Shown here: in pieces, positions 25,101 through 39,200 of the stretch
Layout of the letters: every line of letters begins with the position of its first letter
Position numbering within the stretch: position 1 is the first letter of the stretch
Assembly (NCBI GenBank): GCA_000708835.1
Contig: DF237187.1
Span: forward strand, 19,953-83,952
Reading direction: 5' to 3'
From: Klebsormidium nitens
Lineage: Eukaryota; Plantae; Klebsormidiophyceae
Length of the DNA: 64,000 nucleotides
Translations under genes and position numbers: made by a program
The notes under the pieces: generated by a model
The model's database searches: none
Seen by the model: only the letters and a program-made list of their open reading frames with translations
Told to the model about the DNA's origin: nothing

Positions 25101-25771
25101 AGGCAAAGATTCCAACTGCGGAGAAAGAGCATAGTTAGATCGTAATTTTCTCTCCTTCCTCACCATGTTTCACAAGATGCATTGTTGCAGACGAGAGAAG
25201 TGCATATAAGCTTCATAGATTTCAGCAACCTGCCCCCTTCAAAGATCACCATAGCCAGTGCTTGCGATCAATGCAGACAGGGGCTCTTTCGGCTCACATG
25301 GCAGCGGATGAAGAAACCACCCTCTCACTTCGTTCTTGGCAAAAAGATCAAGGAAGATAGCCAGAAGGGCGCTGGGGAGAGCTAGAGGAAAGGCTCTTGG
25401 CAAAGGGCTTCCGCTGCAGCAACAGACACCACACTTGTTAAGCTGATTGCAGAAATTAGTTGAGCAGGAAGCAAATCTACTCCAAGGGATACTTGAGGAC
25501 TGATCCTGATTGAAAACAACCAGCTTTGGAAGCCAGATGCCCAAAAGCATGGCCAATGAGCTGCACTACGTTCAATGCACGTTTGCTGTAATCTTTCAAA
25601 AAAGTGCACCACCACCTTCAGGGTTTAACTTGGCACCAAGATTCATGATGCGAGGAGAAGTTTGTTCTTTCTTTGAAGTGGTGGCAGTACCCCACCCTCT
25701 CTTGAAATTCAGACTTACTAGATTCTGAAGAGAAGGTTGATGCCACCCACGCCTTTCTTGTAGACAATCAT
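22161..25771 (-). CDS. Bestrophin-like anion channel, 10 exons (25719-25771, 25298-25413, 25016-25115, 24611-24749, 24310-24349, 24049-24118, 23583-23815, 23107-23252, 22848-22898, 22161-22526)
   Basis: Spliced protein has LFRIYGSPLPRA, GFVLVFRINLSHARYWEAR, FIHLMSLMHGLAMQ, FEQAMKINDTPFPFPYAQ and TLNEVAREIEEPWKYDPND, hallmarks of bestrophin/RFP-TM proteins. All nine introns are GT-AG with consistent phase. Confidence 0.9.
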
Positions 25772-28072
25772 CCTGCACTTGGTCCTTTGCAGGAAAGGGC
25801 AGCTTTGTTATTCAGTTCCATTCATAAGCAGATCCTCCGACCATGTTTCATGTCAAGCTCATATATGAGCCGGCAGCTGCATTTCATATGAACCAACTTT
25901 GGTACTTGCTCAGAGCATAAGAGACTGCAGACCTCAGCTGCAAGTTGCTGACAACGCTGCGCCGTGACTGTCGCATCAATGGCCTTCACTTTGGTCATTG
26001 ACCAACAATACTGCACAAGCGGAGACCTCATATACCTTGCACGCTCCAGGCTCCATGGCCAGGCCGCCGGCCCAGGCGTATAGCGCGCATTCGCAATATT
26101 GACCCTTTACGCTGAAGTCCACGCTGGCTGCCATGTGAACCAAGGGGCCAAATCGTGGCCGTTCATCGGAGACTGACAAGCTGCAGTGCGCGTACATATG
26201 CCATCATTTGCCAAGTGGCATCGTGTGGAGCAGGTGAGCAGCCATGTGGCGAGGATCTGTTGCCCTGCAAGGATCGTTAATAAACCGTAAGTTACCATCG
26301 TTAAGTAGGTATATATTATCACGCAGCCTTGTCGGCTCCAGAGTCCTCGCTCCTGAGTCGATCTCTCTGCAAATCAATGAACCACAATTTTACGCTCAAA
26401 CTGTTCCACACGAGGCATGGTGTTATTGCACGATCCGACCGTTTTACCGGTACGGATAGGGGTTGTGTCGATGGTTCTCATCTTATGCTCCTACAGGTCC
26501 CCAAAAGAGCATAGGACTACCATAAGCAACTCGAGGCGTATACGCCGAATTCTATCTCTAGAGGCAAGTTATCTCTAGAGGCATGCCGGCAAAACCGCCA
26601 GGGACAATCTATATTAGCAGCATGCCTCGTATCGTATTTAGGTCAGGAGCTCAATCGAGAATGCAATTAATCCAGCCTGCCAAGCATGTGTGCTCGCAAA
26701 AATTGCAATATTGGATGACGGTTGCGACCGCCGCGCGGCACCGTTGGTTGCAGCAAGTTCGTCATGCAGTTGACGGTCGCTTGACAAGGTAAGACATTGA
26801 CAGAATCGTCTGAGATTGCATGCACCCGGTGCTACATGCTGTAACAATATGTACACTCGAAAGTTTCTTTGGTAATGAATATAATACAGGTACGACCCAG
26901 ATGCATGCCCTCATCAAGAATACGCTTCGGAAGTGCTGGTACGCATACCTGCATGATCTGGAGGAGCGGTTTAACCGGCAAGTGACTGCGGGTGACCAGC
27001 CTGCTGGGAGAAGATTTATGCTTGTACAGACTAGCACTAGAACACATTATACCAAATAGGAAAATGCACCAAGGCCAGCCACCCGTGTTGGAAGAAGCTG
27101 GTGTCACCACAGATGGCGGAAAGTCCGTTGCATCCATAAACATAAACGGACGAACCGTCCGGACCTTTTATAATAAGCCAGCACAACGGAAATTGAGTGC
27201 CAAGACTAGGCACGTCATCTCCGTGCGAGTTTCGAGAGTTTTGAATGTATACTACCACGGGCTTTGCTTCGATCACTATGCCCCAACGCTTTCTTGCGTG
27301 TTGGAACATCACCAGCTTTGAGCTCAAGCGTTGTGCGGCTCTTCTTGGCTGCACGGAGAGAGCAAGACGCTTCAGCATGGTTGCAACTTGTTAGAGCTGA
27401 GAAAACCCGATACAAAGTTTGAGCCGCGCTTTATTGTCGACTCGCAAAGAGCATACTCGGAAGGAACATGTGATGGACTCCTGCCTTCACATCGTGGTTT
27501 CCAACTCAAAGCTGGTTTCTACAGCGCCGTAGATATGCTGCAGGTACGATCTTTGCAGATGCCTGCTTGTCTCAGTGGCGAGCGACATCGATTCAAGATT
27601 CACAAATGCAGCTCACCATTCTCTGCCTGGAGGTACTTCTCGTGAAGGCGTCGCTTCGTCTCCTCGAGCTTGTTGGCCGGTTCCATCAGCAAGTCCCCCA
27701 TCTGCCAAACGATGTATTACCATCAGGAGACTTAAAGCGTGTACGACTGCTCGCCAATGAAGCAATCAGATGGCAGGACAAACGTGGGGCCTCAGGAAAT
27801 CTGGCTCTTCCTTCGAAGACGAGCACTAGGGGCAAGAAATGCAAGAGCCTCCCTTTGAGAATTCAACAAGCAATCAAACAATATTCAAGGGGTTCTTGAA
27901 GTGGCTTTACGGAAGCACGAACGTATAACGCACGAAGCAGGATGCTCTGTAGCTGGGCAGGCTTCACAATTCTATGAGGATCCGTGACAAGGATTGTCCG
28001 CAGCCCGGAACGTTCCAGCCACAGCAGTCCACACCCGGGCCAAACAAGATTCATATTTCTGATCATAAGACC

Positions 28073-31000
28073 TTAAAATGAGTGAGCTTGACGCGATATG
28101 AGGCAGCAATTAATGTTCCTGACCTCCTCAGAGTCGCTGTCGCTCAAAAAGCCGTCCTCCTCCTCGAGCCCCGTCTCCGGCTCGGACCCGGAGTTCGAAC
28201 CAACCGGGGTTCTGCTCTTGCCGACGTCAGCAGCCGAGGTGGCCCGCCTAGCAGGCGCGCCGTCGGGCGTTCGCACCGACTGTTTTCTAGCCCTCGGAAG
28301 CGGGTCCAACTCGTCGAACAGGTCGTCATCCGACGCCGATTCGAGTCCCGGCGTTTTCTTTGGCTTTCCTACGGCTGGCTTTCGAGCTTCCGAGACCCCT
28401 CCCGCATGGAAGTGTCTCTCCCGCCCTTTCTCCCCGTTCGCGTGGTTCGCCTGGGACCCGACAACCGGTTGCTCGACCCCGCTCTGTTGTTTTGGTGGGG
28501 GGTCGCGCATCTCCGGGTTTCTTCGGGGGGGCGCCGTCGCCCGCTTTGCCGTATCGTTGAACTGCAGAAAGTTGTTCGCGCTGTGCGGCTTGGGAAGGGG
28601 CTTCTGGCCATCCGCCGAGTGCGACACGGGTCGCACGGGCGTCCGAACCGGGCTGAGACTGGGACGGCCCAATTTCACGGGCAGCTCCGGCGTTCCACTG
28701 CGAGGCCGTTCGCCCGGCTTGCCCGGTTGCCTGCCACCCAACTGCGAGCCCGGTGCTCCTGTCGCTTGTACAACGCCTGGTGGCTTACTACTCGAAGCCC
28801 GGGCAGGGTTCGAACCGTGTCCCGAGCTCTGCACGGCTGCCTCGGGGGTCTTACTCCGGGCCCTGTCTTGGCCCAATCTCAAATCCCCGCTTGCTTTCGA
28901 AGAGCTCCCGGGCGGCTGAGCAGACGGAGCCCCTCGCTCCGACGCGCTCTTGACGTCCGCCTTCGCTCCGGTGCCCAAGCTTTCCGTCCTATGCCCATCA
29001 GGCCCGGACCCTTCTCCCACGCGCGCTTTCTTCGCTGGCCCTTCCCCCTCACCAAAAACATCAGTTTCTTTTAAACTGCGCGCCCGCTTCGGCGTGTCCC
29101 CCGACGCCACGACACCACTGCTTCGTTCCGACCTTTCTCCCGCACTCTCTTTCTTTTCTACTTCGGCGCTTACGAAGTCGCCCCTCCCCAAAGATTGACC
29201 CCTCAATCCACCGCCCCCCTCGGGAACGCCATTAAGCTTGGCTGCCTGTTGCCACTTCTCCGCAGCAGCCTTTTCCCGTGTTTCCTTGTCAGTAGACACT
29301 CCGCTCGGTTCGGAAGCAGCAGAGGCAGGGTTGGTCGCAGCTTCAAAATCGCTGTCGCGAGAGGCAGGAGGCCGGGGGTCATATACCGGGCTAAGGAAGG
29401 CCAGCCTACTGTTCACCGGGGCAGAGCCGGGGGTTACGGTGGAAGAGAGCTTTTCCAAACCGGCCGCTGCAGCAGACAAACGTGCGTCAATTCTCGACCA
29501 GCAACGCTGTCCAACGCTTTGTGTAGTGTCTGAGTTGGTCAACTTGCAGGTCCAGCTGAGCTGGCTCCGCCAGACCACGGCCAGTTCTCACAATTAAGGG
29601 AGAGTTTCAAAAGGGGGTAGGAAGGAGAATGACAAGCAGGACAATCTTGTGAACAAACCGGCACTTGCTACCAGAAGAAAACTTGAGAGAGTGGAAGGAC
29701 AGAAAACAATCGGAAGTCAAGGTGCATATTTAAGCGCCTGCTCCTATTACGGCTGTCCCCTCGAGTGGAACCGATTAGACCATTCCGACAAGGTTCGTGC
29801 AGCAACGTAGTGTTTTGTTACAAGCGAATCTTCTTGACCGTCACCGCTTCTATGATCCGTGATGACAGCAACATTGCTGGGGTTGAGTTCGCACGCAGAG
29901 CAATCAAACAACTGAGACTTTCTGCTTAAAGCTAGCCAGGTTCGTTTAGGATAACATAAGCGCTCTTCAGCCAAGCGCAAAAGGACAAAGGGATTCAACA
30001 AAGGGGGTCCCGACAATTTCGCAAGAAGGACATGTTCAGTGCGACTGGCGAACTTACCGAGGTCCTCTGCAGTGAAGTCCTCTAGCAGCTGAGACAACTC
30101 AGCAGACGTATTTCTAGAAGCGAGAGTGGCCGCATCCAGAGGGGGGGCCTCGAGACCTCCCTCTATGGCAATGGAATCTGTCAAACGGACAAAATACGTG
30201 AGTACAAGCGTGTGTACAAGGAGAGGGCGCCTCCAAAAATAAATAGTCACAAAATCTGCAGACGCCAAATCTCTCCGAGAGCAATTGGATCCATGGCTGA
30301 GAACGTTCGGCTAATCAGACGGTCTTAACAATGTATCAGCAAAAAAGAGACTTTCTTAACCTGACAATAGTAGTCAAGTATTTGAACCTGGTAAGATCGC
30401 AGGTCACTCTGGGATGTTTGAAAGCACTGAACTCAAAAGCGGTTTACTTCATGGCTGTAACTGGTGGAAACAGCCACGTTTGGACATGCTTACCTGTGGA
30501 CGACTTCTTGCTTATTTCATTTGTGACAGCCTGGAAATCTTCCACAAGTTCTTTCCATGACCTGGGAGGACAAACGACCGCCCAAATTTCAGCGATCATG
30601 AGGTGGAGAAACCGGCTGTCTGCATTCTGTATCCCAATAATGTTGACTCGCCAAGTTCTTGCAATCTTGATTCAAACTCGGCAGATAAGATGATCGCAAA
30701 CAAGGGCATGCCAAGAGAACTTACTTGACAAGGTGCTTAGCCTTGATTTGCACAGGTTTTGCCGGGTGTTTGCGGAGACTGCTGATTGTTTTCCCAATTT
30801 CAGTAGCCTACAAAATACAAGTGGCTGGTCAGGCAGGATCATGAGTGGAACTTTCAAAGCCAACCTGATTGAATTTGTGATGACAAACAGGCAAAGAGTC
30901 CATTAATAAGTACAAGGTCTGATCACCTGAATAGGTGACTCTTCCTCAGAACATGCAAAAAACCTTTCAAAACAAACTTCCTTCATTGACTTACTTTCAG

Positions 31001-31797
31001 CTCCTCCACAGTAATGTTCATCCTCTCCAGTGACGCCATCGCTTGCAAAATGGCCTCTTCTGACTGCACGACAGGTGGACAGCTCAATTTGCAACAGAAC
31101 ACATTTTGCAATCAGTGCCCCAACCTCATACTCCCCCAGCATCAAAACAAACCCTGGAGTATGTGTGAACCAGGACTTACAAGTGCCGCACGACTGCAGC
31201 TAAAAAAAGTGTCTCAAACAAAGAAACAACCCTCACCTTGTTTGGAGCTGAAAGTTTCGACCTTGACAGCAGGATCTCCTGCATTCTTAGGCTGTCTTGT
31301 TCAATGGCAACCTGCAACTCTTCTTCATCAGCATAGCCAGTTCGTGAAGATACATCAACATCTCCTCTTCTAGCTGCCCCCAGAGAGGTCACCTTTTGGT
31401 GAGCTTTCTCCCCTCTTGGTGATGCAGTAGTCTGCACTGGTTGTTGACTCCCGTTCACGACTGTGTCTGTCTCAGCTGCGTCACTTTGTAATGCCGAAGG
31501 GTTTATTCGCTTGGAAGGGGCCGTCGACGTGTCAACACCATCTACAAACCCCTCCCTCTGGGCCAGTGCTTGTACACCTGCGCCCTCTTCAACACTAGTA
31601 CAACCTGCTTCAGGAACAACGGCAACCGCGCTCAATCTGTACATCTGTTCAACAATGCCGTCTCGCCTCTTTCTCAGCTCGGACACCTCATCTTCCGCTG
31701 CAACTTCAATTGCTTTTGCAATGATGGCCCAGATGTCATGCCCGCTGGCCGCAAAGAAGCTCCGCCAGGCAAACTTGGGGGTTTTGTTCCTGGCCAT
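28073..31797 (-). CDS. MED26: MED26-like TFIIS-N (LW) domain protein; exons 31237-31797, 30995-31063, 30725-30807, 30494-30561, 30058-30177, 28073(or 28124)-29466
   Basis: N-terminus WRSFFAASGHDIWAIIAKAIEVAA...RKRRDGIVEQMY, TFIIS-N core LERMNITVEELK|ATEIGKTISSLRKH...KHLVK|SWKELV, and EGGLEAPPLD...ELSQLLE resemble plant MED26. A long low-complexity C-terminus follows, and the 3' end is uncertain. Confidence 0.78.
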
Positions 31798-33684
31798 GTT
31801 CTCCGGAATGCAAGAAGAAAACTTTGCCAGCTGCACGAGCAGCCGTTTGATTGCTGCTCTCTCCTCCCTCGAATTGGCCTCTAGGAGATCATTCCAATGC
31901 TGCCTTGGCGCTGTTGCTGGAGCTCAGTGAAGATTCTGCTTTTCGTAATGCCCACATACCGAACATGTGAACTGTCTTCTGCTGCATTCCAACCACTTGT
32001 AAACTTGCTTTATGGGGCTCCTCACCCTAGTTCGGAAGCGTTCTGTGGATGCCTTGGCCACGTAAACGACATCGTACCGTTTATTGAAACTTTGATTGAA
32101 TATCGAACGGTAGCAAAACTTACTTTGATCCACATGGCTACCAGGCAGGTACAGCCTAATTCAGATCAGTCAAACCAGAGATACAAACAACCCTAAAATC
32201 CAAGTCCCAGCCTGCACGGCTGCATTTCAGATTCTGCTTCTGCATTCTGCCTCCCTCCTTCATTCTGCTTAGCCGGCGCCATTGAGCCTTTTGCTTCCTT
32301 TGCTGGCTCTTGAGTGCGTTCCCACGAAGCTTTAAGACTGAAGGCAGGTATCTGCTCGCAAGCGACAAGCGGTAAAGATGGCGTCTTCTGTAGCGCACTT
32401 GGTACAAGGTGTTCCCTGGACGGGCCTTGCGCCCTCGCAAGCCCAGGCTGCAGAAAGCAGACTAAGCAGGGCAGCGGTGTGCTGTCGTAGTCAACATGCA
32501 CAACCTACACGTATCAAAGGTGGGCCTGGTCTCCCTACTTGAGTCTGAGCTGATGGATGTTCAAAGCTACGAGCTGTCGGCGCAAGACCAGATTGCAAAG
32601 AATTTAGATCTATACGAGCACATGGTCACATATGAACCACAAGAATTTCTGGTAAGAGTGTGGGTTTACTTCTATGATGTCTTGACTGAAAGGCGCTGCC
32701 AAACTGAGATGGAGCCCTCGCAGCACCCGAATCACAGTCGAAGGGGATGTTGATGAGAACCTGCCAGACCTTGGGCGCTTGATGGTCAGCTTGACTGATG
32801 AGCACTTTGCTGGTTTCGTGCTGAACGGTCTTACGAAGACCGTCCTTTCCACAGCGAAATGCTGGACATTTCTATGCACAGCGCTCTAGATGTGATAAGT
32901 AGAGAGATCCATCAGCACCTTCTATCAAAATGCATCACAAGATCACGCTGAAAGTTGTGTTAGGATTTGACTGACTAAGAGTCACCAAGACAGTGTCAAC
33001 TAATCTGGAGACGGCGAAGCATTCCCATGAATTTGCTGCTTTTGGGACTGGGAATACAGTAGACCTGTTCGCTGAAAAGTGAATCTTGAGAAGCGCTGTG
33101 ATGTCGCCGAGATGCCTTCACCAGTGTTCTGAGTTACAAAGGTCCGGAAGTTATGCATATGCCTCCGTTCCTCAAACATATCTGCTCGCAAGTCTGCGTA
33201 AGTGGTAGGCAATACTTTCAGCATTACTTTGCTCCATCAGCGGTGCCGGAAAGCAGATTGGTTGGTCATTGCTTCTCCTGCCTCTGAGGGCAGATTTTTG
33301 GCTGCAAGTATAGCGAGTCTCATCCTTGATGTCATTTGTCTCAGCTTTCGTACATTCCCTTGGCGTTAAGTCTTTGTTTGCAACTTGCCGAAAGCAGAAG
33401 GTGAAAGGCCAAGGTGGCGGGTCCTTTGCGAAGAGTGGCGGACATTTCAATATGCACCGTGGCCCGCTTGGATCAGAAAACATCGCTCTATAAAGAGCAA
33501 TGAACAAACGCATGTTCTGCCCTCACGACCACCATCAACTTAGAACATTAGACGTTACACTGATCTGAGCTTCTGTAAGGCACTCCTGACCGCAGCGCTT
33601 ACACATTTACTTCAAAAACTGAAAATACATGCTGCTCTTAGCCTTCGTAGCAAGCCCCTGACATTGACATTTACTCCCTCCCAG

Positions 33685-34909
33685 GCACAAGCTCCCTGAC
33701 CTCCTCCTTCGCCACCCCCGCCCCCTCCCTCCTCCCCCCCTCTTTCATCGGGTCCGCCGCCGTCTTCGCCATGCCCTCTTCCTCCACCTTCCAAGGCGCA
33801 CGGAAGGGCGCCATCGCCATGGGCGCAGGGATCCAGTTCATCCGGGGGGTCAATGAGGCCGTTGTTCCGGACGTCAAGTTGACGCGGTCGAAAGACGGAA
33901 GCTCGGGGACGGCCCTGTTTGTGTTTGAGCAGCCGACCGTGTTTGAGTCGGCGTCGGAGTTGGGGGAGATCACGGGGTTGTATCTAGTGGACGACGAGGG
34001 CGTGTTGCAGGTGAGCCGTTTTGCGGACACTCGGAGCGCGTCAACTTTGTGATTGGAGCAAAGAAAGAGCTCTTTTGTCTGAGCTTGTCTTTTCCATTCC
34101 CCATGTAAAGCCTTTCTTAGCGGAAAGGCAGGCTTCCGATTGCGTCACCAGGAAATAACTCGGAGGAAGGGTGCTGTTCGCACATGAAGTCCAGAGGAAT
34201 TATCCTGTGTGACAGAAGTGCACTCGCATTGCGGACTGAAGCTTGCGCAAACCCAATTGGTGCCAGTTTGAAGGTTGGAATTTTAACGATTTGCTTCTTC
34301 AGTCTCCAAGTATTAAGCCTCAATGGCCACTGAACCTTTCTGTGGAAGCGAAGCGGTGGTGGCGTTTGACCCAGCTTGCAGTCTCTTTACATACAAGATT
34401 CCCTGCATGACAATAGACATTCAGGAGAGTCCTTTTCTGCCCCCATTCATTAGTCAAGCAGGGATGCTGGGAGGGGGTTGGCATTGCTAGCCCCTTTGGT
34501 GCGTCCGGTCTAGATATCCAAATACAGGGTCCAAGGTTTGCCTTTGTTCCTCATCAAGAATTACAGGCAGATTCTTTACAGCCAAAGATATCCAAGAATT
34601 TTTTTCGAACTTCGGTGTGAGCGACTTGGAAAGATGCCTTGTCGACAGAGCGACTTGGAAAGATGCCTTGTCGACAGAGCATTCAGAAGGCTGTAAGTCT
34701 ACTCAAACTGAAAATTGATCCCCATTTGGTCCTTCATTCCGCTCGCTCCTTTGCAGTCCGTTGACGTGAGTGCGAAGTTCGTGAATGGAAAGCCGGCCAA
34801 CATTGAGGCGAAGTATACAATGAGGAGCGGGAAGGACTGGGACAGGTTCATGAGGTTCATGGAAAGGTATGCTACAGAGAACAACTTAGGCTTTAAGAAA
34901 AGCTCGTAG
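33685..34909 (+). CDS. PSB28: Photosystem II assembly factor Psb28, nuclear-encoded with transit peptide; exons 33685-34010, 34757-34909; first exon not located
   Basis: [35 protein letters not shown]...[15 protein letters not shown]|[35 protein letters not shown] is the Psb28 signature. A Ser/Thr/Pro-rich leader precedes it. Confidence 0.95.
34619..34680 (+). repeat. Perfect 29-bp tandem duplication in the PSB28 intron
   Basis: gagcgacttggaaagatgccttgtcgaca x2 plus gagc. Confidence 0.95.
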
Positions 34910-36273
34910 AAATGAACGTCGGGCCCACAGTTTTGACACTGTCTTGGCTTACGAGATTTGCCGTCATTGAGTGACCCTGTACTAACCTTTGCTTTTGCTG
35001 GATTCAGCTCGTATTCGTTCAAGTTGAGGCCATTCGGTTCGATGCATTTTTGCTCATGCACATGGTCAATATGGTAGGTCCAATAGACATGCCGTGCAGG
35101 AATGAAATGCACTGAGTGCATGCCAGTACGGTGGACCATGAACCGCCCAATGCAGTACTCATTAATATCATCTGTATTGCGTGTCGTATCATGGCTACGT
35201 CTTTGGACGTACCTACATGCATGATGTGATACTGAGACATACTTGGCGCTCCCATCATGGCATGCTTAAGTCTCGTGTCAAATCATTGGTGAGTCGACAG
35301 CACATGTGCCGGCTGGTGTACGTACGTGGCAGGATCATGCACGGCATGTCTGGTACGTGATTGAATATCTAGCTGCATATGAGTCGATCAGTGATTCATG
35401 AAATAGTTGTATTTTATATGAAGCACTTATTATATCGTGCTCAGTAAGCGACGATGCCGCGGCCTGGCGCCCGTCTACCAGCTCACTCCAGCATGTAACG
35501 GTATAACGGTTCAACAACGGTTGCCAGCTGATTATGATCCTCAGTTATCCACTCAATCACGACGGTACGAGCTTACATAATGCAGCGGCAGACGATCGTT
35601 CTTTACTTTAAGCAACCGGTACGTCATCGAGAATCTAATTGCCATAGGATGCACAAAGGATCGCGTTTTCCTCTACGTGGCCGTCGCGGAAGCATGTCGA
35701 AGTCGTCAAAATGCTGCCGCCGCAACGGACGAAAGATCATGGATGCAATTCCGTCTCAACCACCTTATGTGATCGACCGCGCTTACACTGCAGGTTAATT
35801 TCCTACAAAGTCGATTTTCCCACGATGTCAGTCTTTCTACAAACCATGCCGACAACAATATTATCGAAACCGTCCAATCAAAGTCTCTGTTCCTAGGATG
35901 GCCTGAGAAGCTACGGCCTTGGAGATATAGTCAGCATTCATGGTTCCTGCCCGATCGTTATAAAATGTTATAAGAGACTCCCTCGCGCATCCAGCACACT
36001 ATTCTCCTCGGGCTAGCAGTATATCATCCACCCAGACATACCTTACCCGGGCCCGGCGCCACAGCGCCAGTTTATCCCGTCAAGGAGGACAGCGGCCTGT
36101 TCTACCGGCACCAACACCGCGTGTCCCCTCGGGGTACTGTTGAGCATAAGCCACTCTGAAATCACCACTGGCAGAACCAATCACTTTGTACACATACTTT
36201 AGCATACATTACCGGGCATCCGCATCCACCTTAGAACCCAACCGGCGCCCGCAGCCGCCACGTGCCATCCAAT

Positions 36274-39200
36274 TCACGCCGCGCGGATGACGTGGCCGTT
36301 GGCCCTCTCTTGGGCGCCCACGTTCTTGCTGGGGCTCAGCACGTTCTTCCTCTCGGGGCTGGCCACGACCCCGTTCGCCTTTCCGTTCATCCCCCCCTTG
36401 CCGGAAAAGTTCACGAAGTACCCGTTCTCCTTGCTGTTCTCGTCGGTCTCGTTCACTGGGATCGTGAATTTGATCGGCTTCAGGGGGCTCGCCGCCAGGG
36501 GGCTGTTCTTCGTGGGCGTGCGGCTGTTGGAGAAGCGGCGCGTGCGCGCGAGCGCCTCGCGGCGCTCGGACGCGACGGTCAGCCGCGACTCGAGCTTCTG
36601 CGCCAGGTGCGAGCGCGCATTCTCGTCGTTGGCCTGCGGGAAGGCAGGGAGGAGCAGTCAGGACCGGAGAGAGACGGAGATCATGATTGGATGAGATACA
36701 GAAATGAGGTACACGGACGGCAAACTCCGCCCGAAATTTCGCCAAAAAAGAGAGGAAGGAAAGTGGCATAACAATTCGTGCGCAGTCCCGTCATCGGGTT
36801 GCGGGTCGCCCGCGTAATCGACCGGTAGGATTATGAGCAGGGATTCTGAGAGCGATGGTAAAGATGGACGAATCTCCGTGCGCGACTTCAGGTCTTCAGG
36901 TCGTTAGCCTGCCGGTAGTTGGATTAGTGGTCGTAGATTAGGAAGATCGAGAAGAGATGTATTGTTAAATGAGAAGGGGACCCTTGTCTTTTCTAGTTCA
37001 GACGTCGGTGATCGCGTTCAAAGGGCTTTCTTTTTCTTTCCCTTACGGGTTTCATGACATCTCAGGCATTTGACAAAGGCAACTTGAAGGAACGGACGAG
37101 CTTTCCGAACGAGCGACACAGAGACGTGTGCTAAGCTTTACGATCCCGGCGTGGAACCATCCCACTTCATAGGGGTTGCGCACGCGGCTTCTGCGGTCCC
37201 TCTCTGCACATTGGCGACCCACTCCCTGCTCACCTTTTGCGCGGCGACCACGTTCCTGTGGCGCTTGATGACGGAGGCCGCCTTCTTCTTGGTCTCGCTG
37301 AGCACCTCGAGGCGCTTGGCCTCGGCGGCCTCCTGCGCCTGCTCAATCTTGGCGGCCAGGTCGAGCGCCTTCATCTGGGACGACGCCTCCACCACCTGCA
37401 GCCGGTCGCGCGGCGTGCTGGCCCCGCTGCTGCGGCGGGACTCCAGGATGGCCTGGCGGAAATGGGATAGCGTATTTCATCAGCGATACCTTATTACATC
37501 AGGGATAAGGTGTGGAGTAGGAAACGGTTTTAGTCAGTAGGTAGATGAAAAAGCAGCTGGCCCCGCTGCTGCGGCGGGACTCCAGGATCGCCTGGCGGGA
37601 AGGGGATAGCGTATCGCATCAAGGGAGAAATGTTATTGCATCATGGATAAAATTAGAAACGGTACGAGAGGTTTAGCGTACAGCTGGACCCACTGCTGCG
37701 GCGGGACTTGAGGATGGCCAGGCGGAAGGGGGGGCCAGCGTATTACATCATGGGGATAGCTTATCAGGAATAAGGTATGCCGAGATTGGGAACGGGATGG
37801 TAAGTTGGTGGACGGAAATGTAGCTCGTCCCCTCCTGAGGCGACACTACAAGATTCGCCGCGAGAGTGATAAGATGATGAATCAGGATCGGACTGTTAAG
37901 ACAAACCTACTGGGAATGTTCTTCAATGGAACAGGCCTTCGCTACTGGTCCTCGTTTAGACGGCATGATTGAATTTTATAAGATCAATTAGTGCCACGCC
38001 AGAGGCACGCGACGTATGGATTTTGTGCGAGCTTGTCAATCTTGCGGTTTCAAAGCTCCGACGCCATTCCTTGGCTTATCTCTGCAGAGACTGTCGGCCC
38101 CCGCGCTCGAGCAGGGCGAACTTCGCAATCCGGGTTGCTTCTTGGTTTTTTCTCTCCTCACCACTCAAGGAAAAAACTCGATTTACCAAGCGTTCCGCTT
38201 AACACTGCTCGTGGAAGAATGCAAACCATCCGCCAATCCGCCCCAAGCATTCACCCTCCTTAATTTGAAGTCAGTCAAACACACACTCTGTCTCACTCCC
38301 CCTCACCTGTCGCTGCGCCTCGGCGGCCTCCAGCTTGGCCTCGATGCTGTGCGCGAGCGCCTCCTTCTTCATCTTCTGCGCACTCAGCACCAGCTCGCAC
38401 CGCTCCGACACGGCGCGCGCGCGCTGCTTGGTCGCCTCCAGCGCGTCCTCGCGGTTCGCCTCCGCGGCCTCCTGGTTCGCCTCCAGCCTGAGAACGGGTC
38501 AAGAATTGGGTTTGTGACTCACGATTCAAGGGTTGGATTGGTTCGTAGGAGTTCAAGGCATTGGTTAGTTGGTAACGCATTAAGGGCCGCGTTGTGACAG
38601 AGTATCCGGCTTGAAAGGTTACTGCTGGGGAGTTGTGATTTCGCCTCCAGCCTGAGAAAGAGTCCGGCTTGTTGGTAATCGCGACAGGTAAAGACTAACG
38701 TAGGAAAGAAACCTGAATGTAAGCATCCTCGCGGGTCATTTCTGGGGCTTCCTGAGTCGCCTCTAGCCCGGGAATAAGGGCCAGCTTAGCAACTAATACA
38801 AATGGTAGATTAGATTTGCGCTCCTGACAAGATATACGAGGCAGAGCCCCGTCCCGAGGACCAGAACCAAATCCTAAAAGAACAAACCCTCCTCCCCCCC
38901 GGTAGGTCATGTAGAGCCTCTCCTCCGGCTTTCGTGTACAGCCCTTAGAAAGAAACTGGTGCTCCCAAAGGAGAAAGCCATAAGAAGGCCCGGAAAACAC
39001 AAACGAGTAACACTTCGACTCACCTGTAGGCCATGCAGAGCTTCTCCTCGCGCCTATCCCATAAGCAGCTTGGTGCTTCCTAAACGACGCTCATAAGAAG
39101 GTTAAGCCTGGTTTGAAGCAGAACCCAAATTCCCCGCCTCACTTGCAGGCCGTGAGAGCATCTCCTCGCGCTTCCTCCTGTACGCGGCTTGCAAGCAACC

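Noticed and set aside
28082-29597. Long plus-strand ORFs (330 aa, 273 aa and others)
   Set aside because: Antisense shadows of the GC-rich low-complexity MED26-like exon.
31897-33513. Possible small gene between MED26 and PSB28
   Set aside because: Several short ORFs on both strands that could not be joined into a coherent or recognisable protein.
36209-36771. Overlapping ORFs of 186, 169 and 135 aa
   Set aside because: Alternate-frame or antisense shadows of the last exon of the helical-repeat gene.
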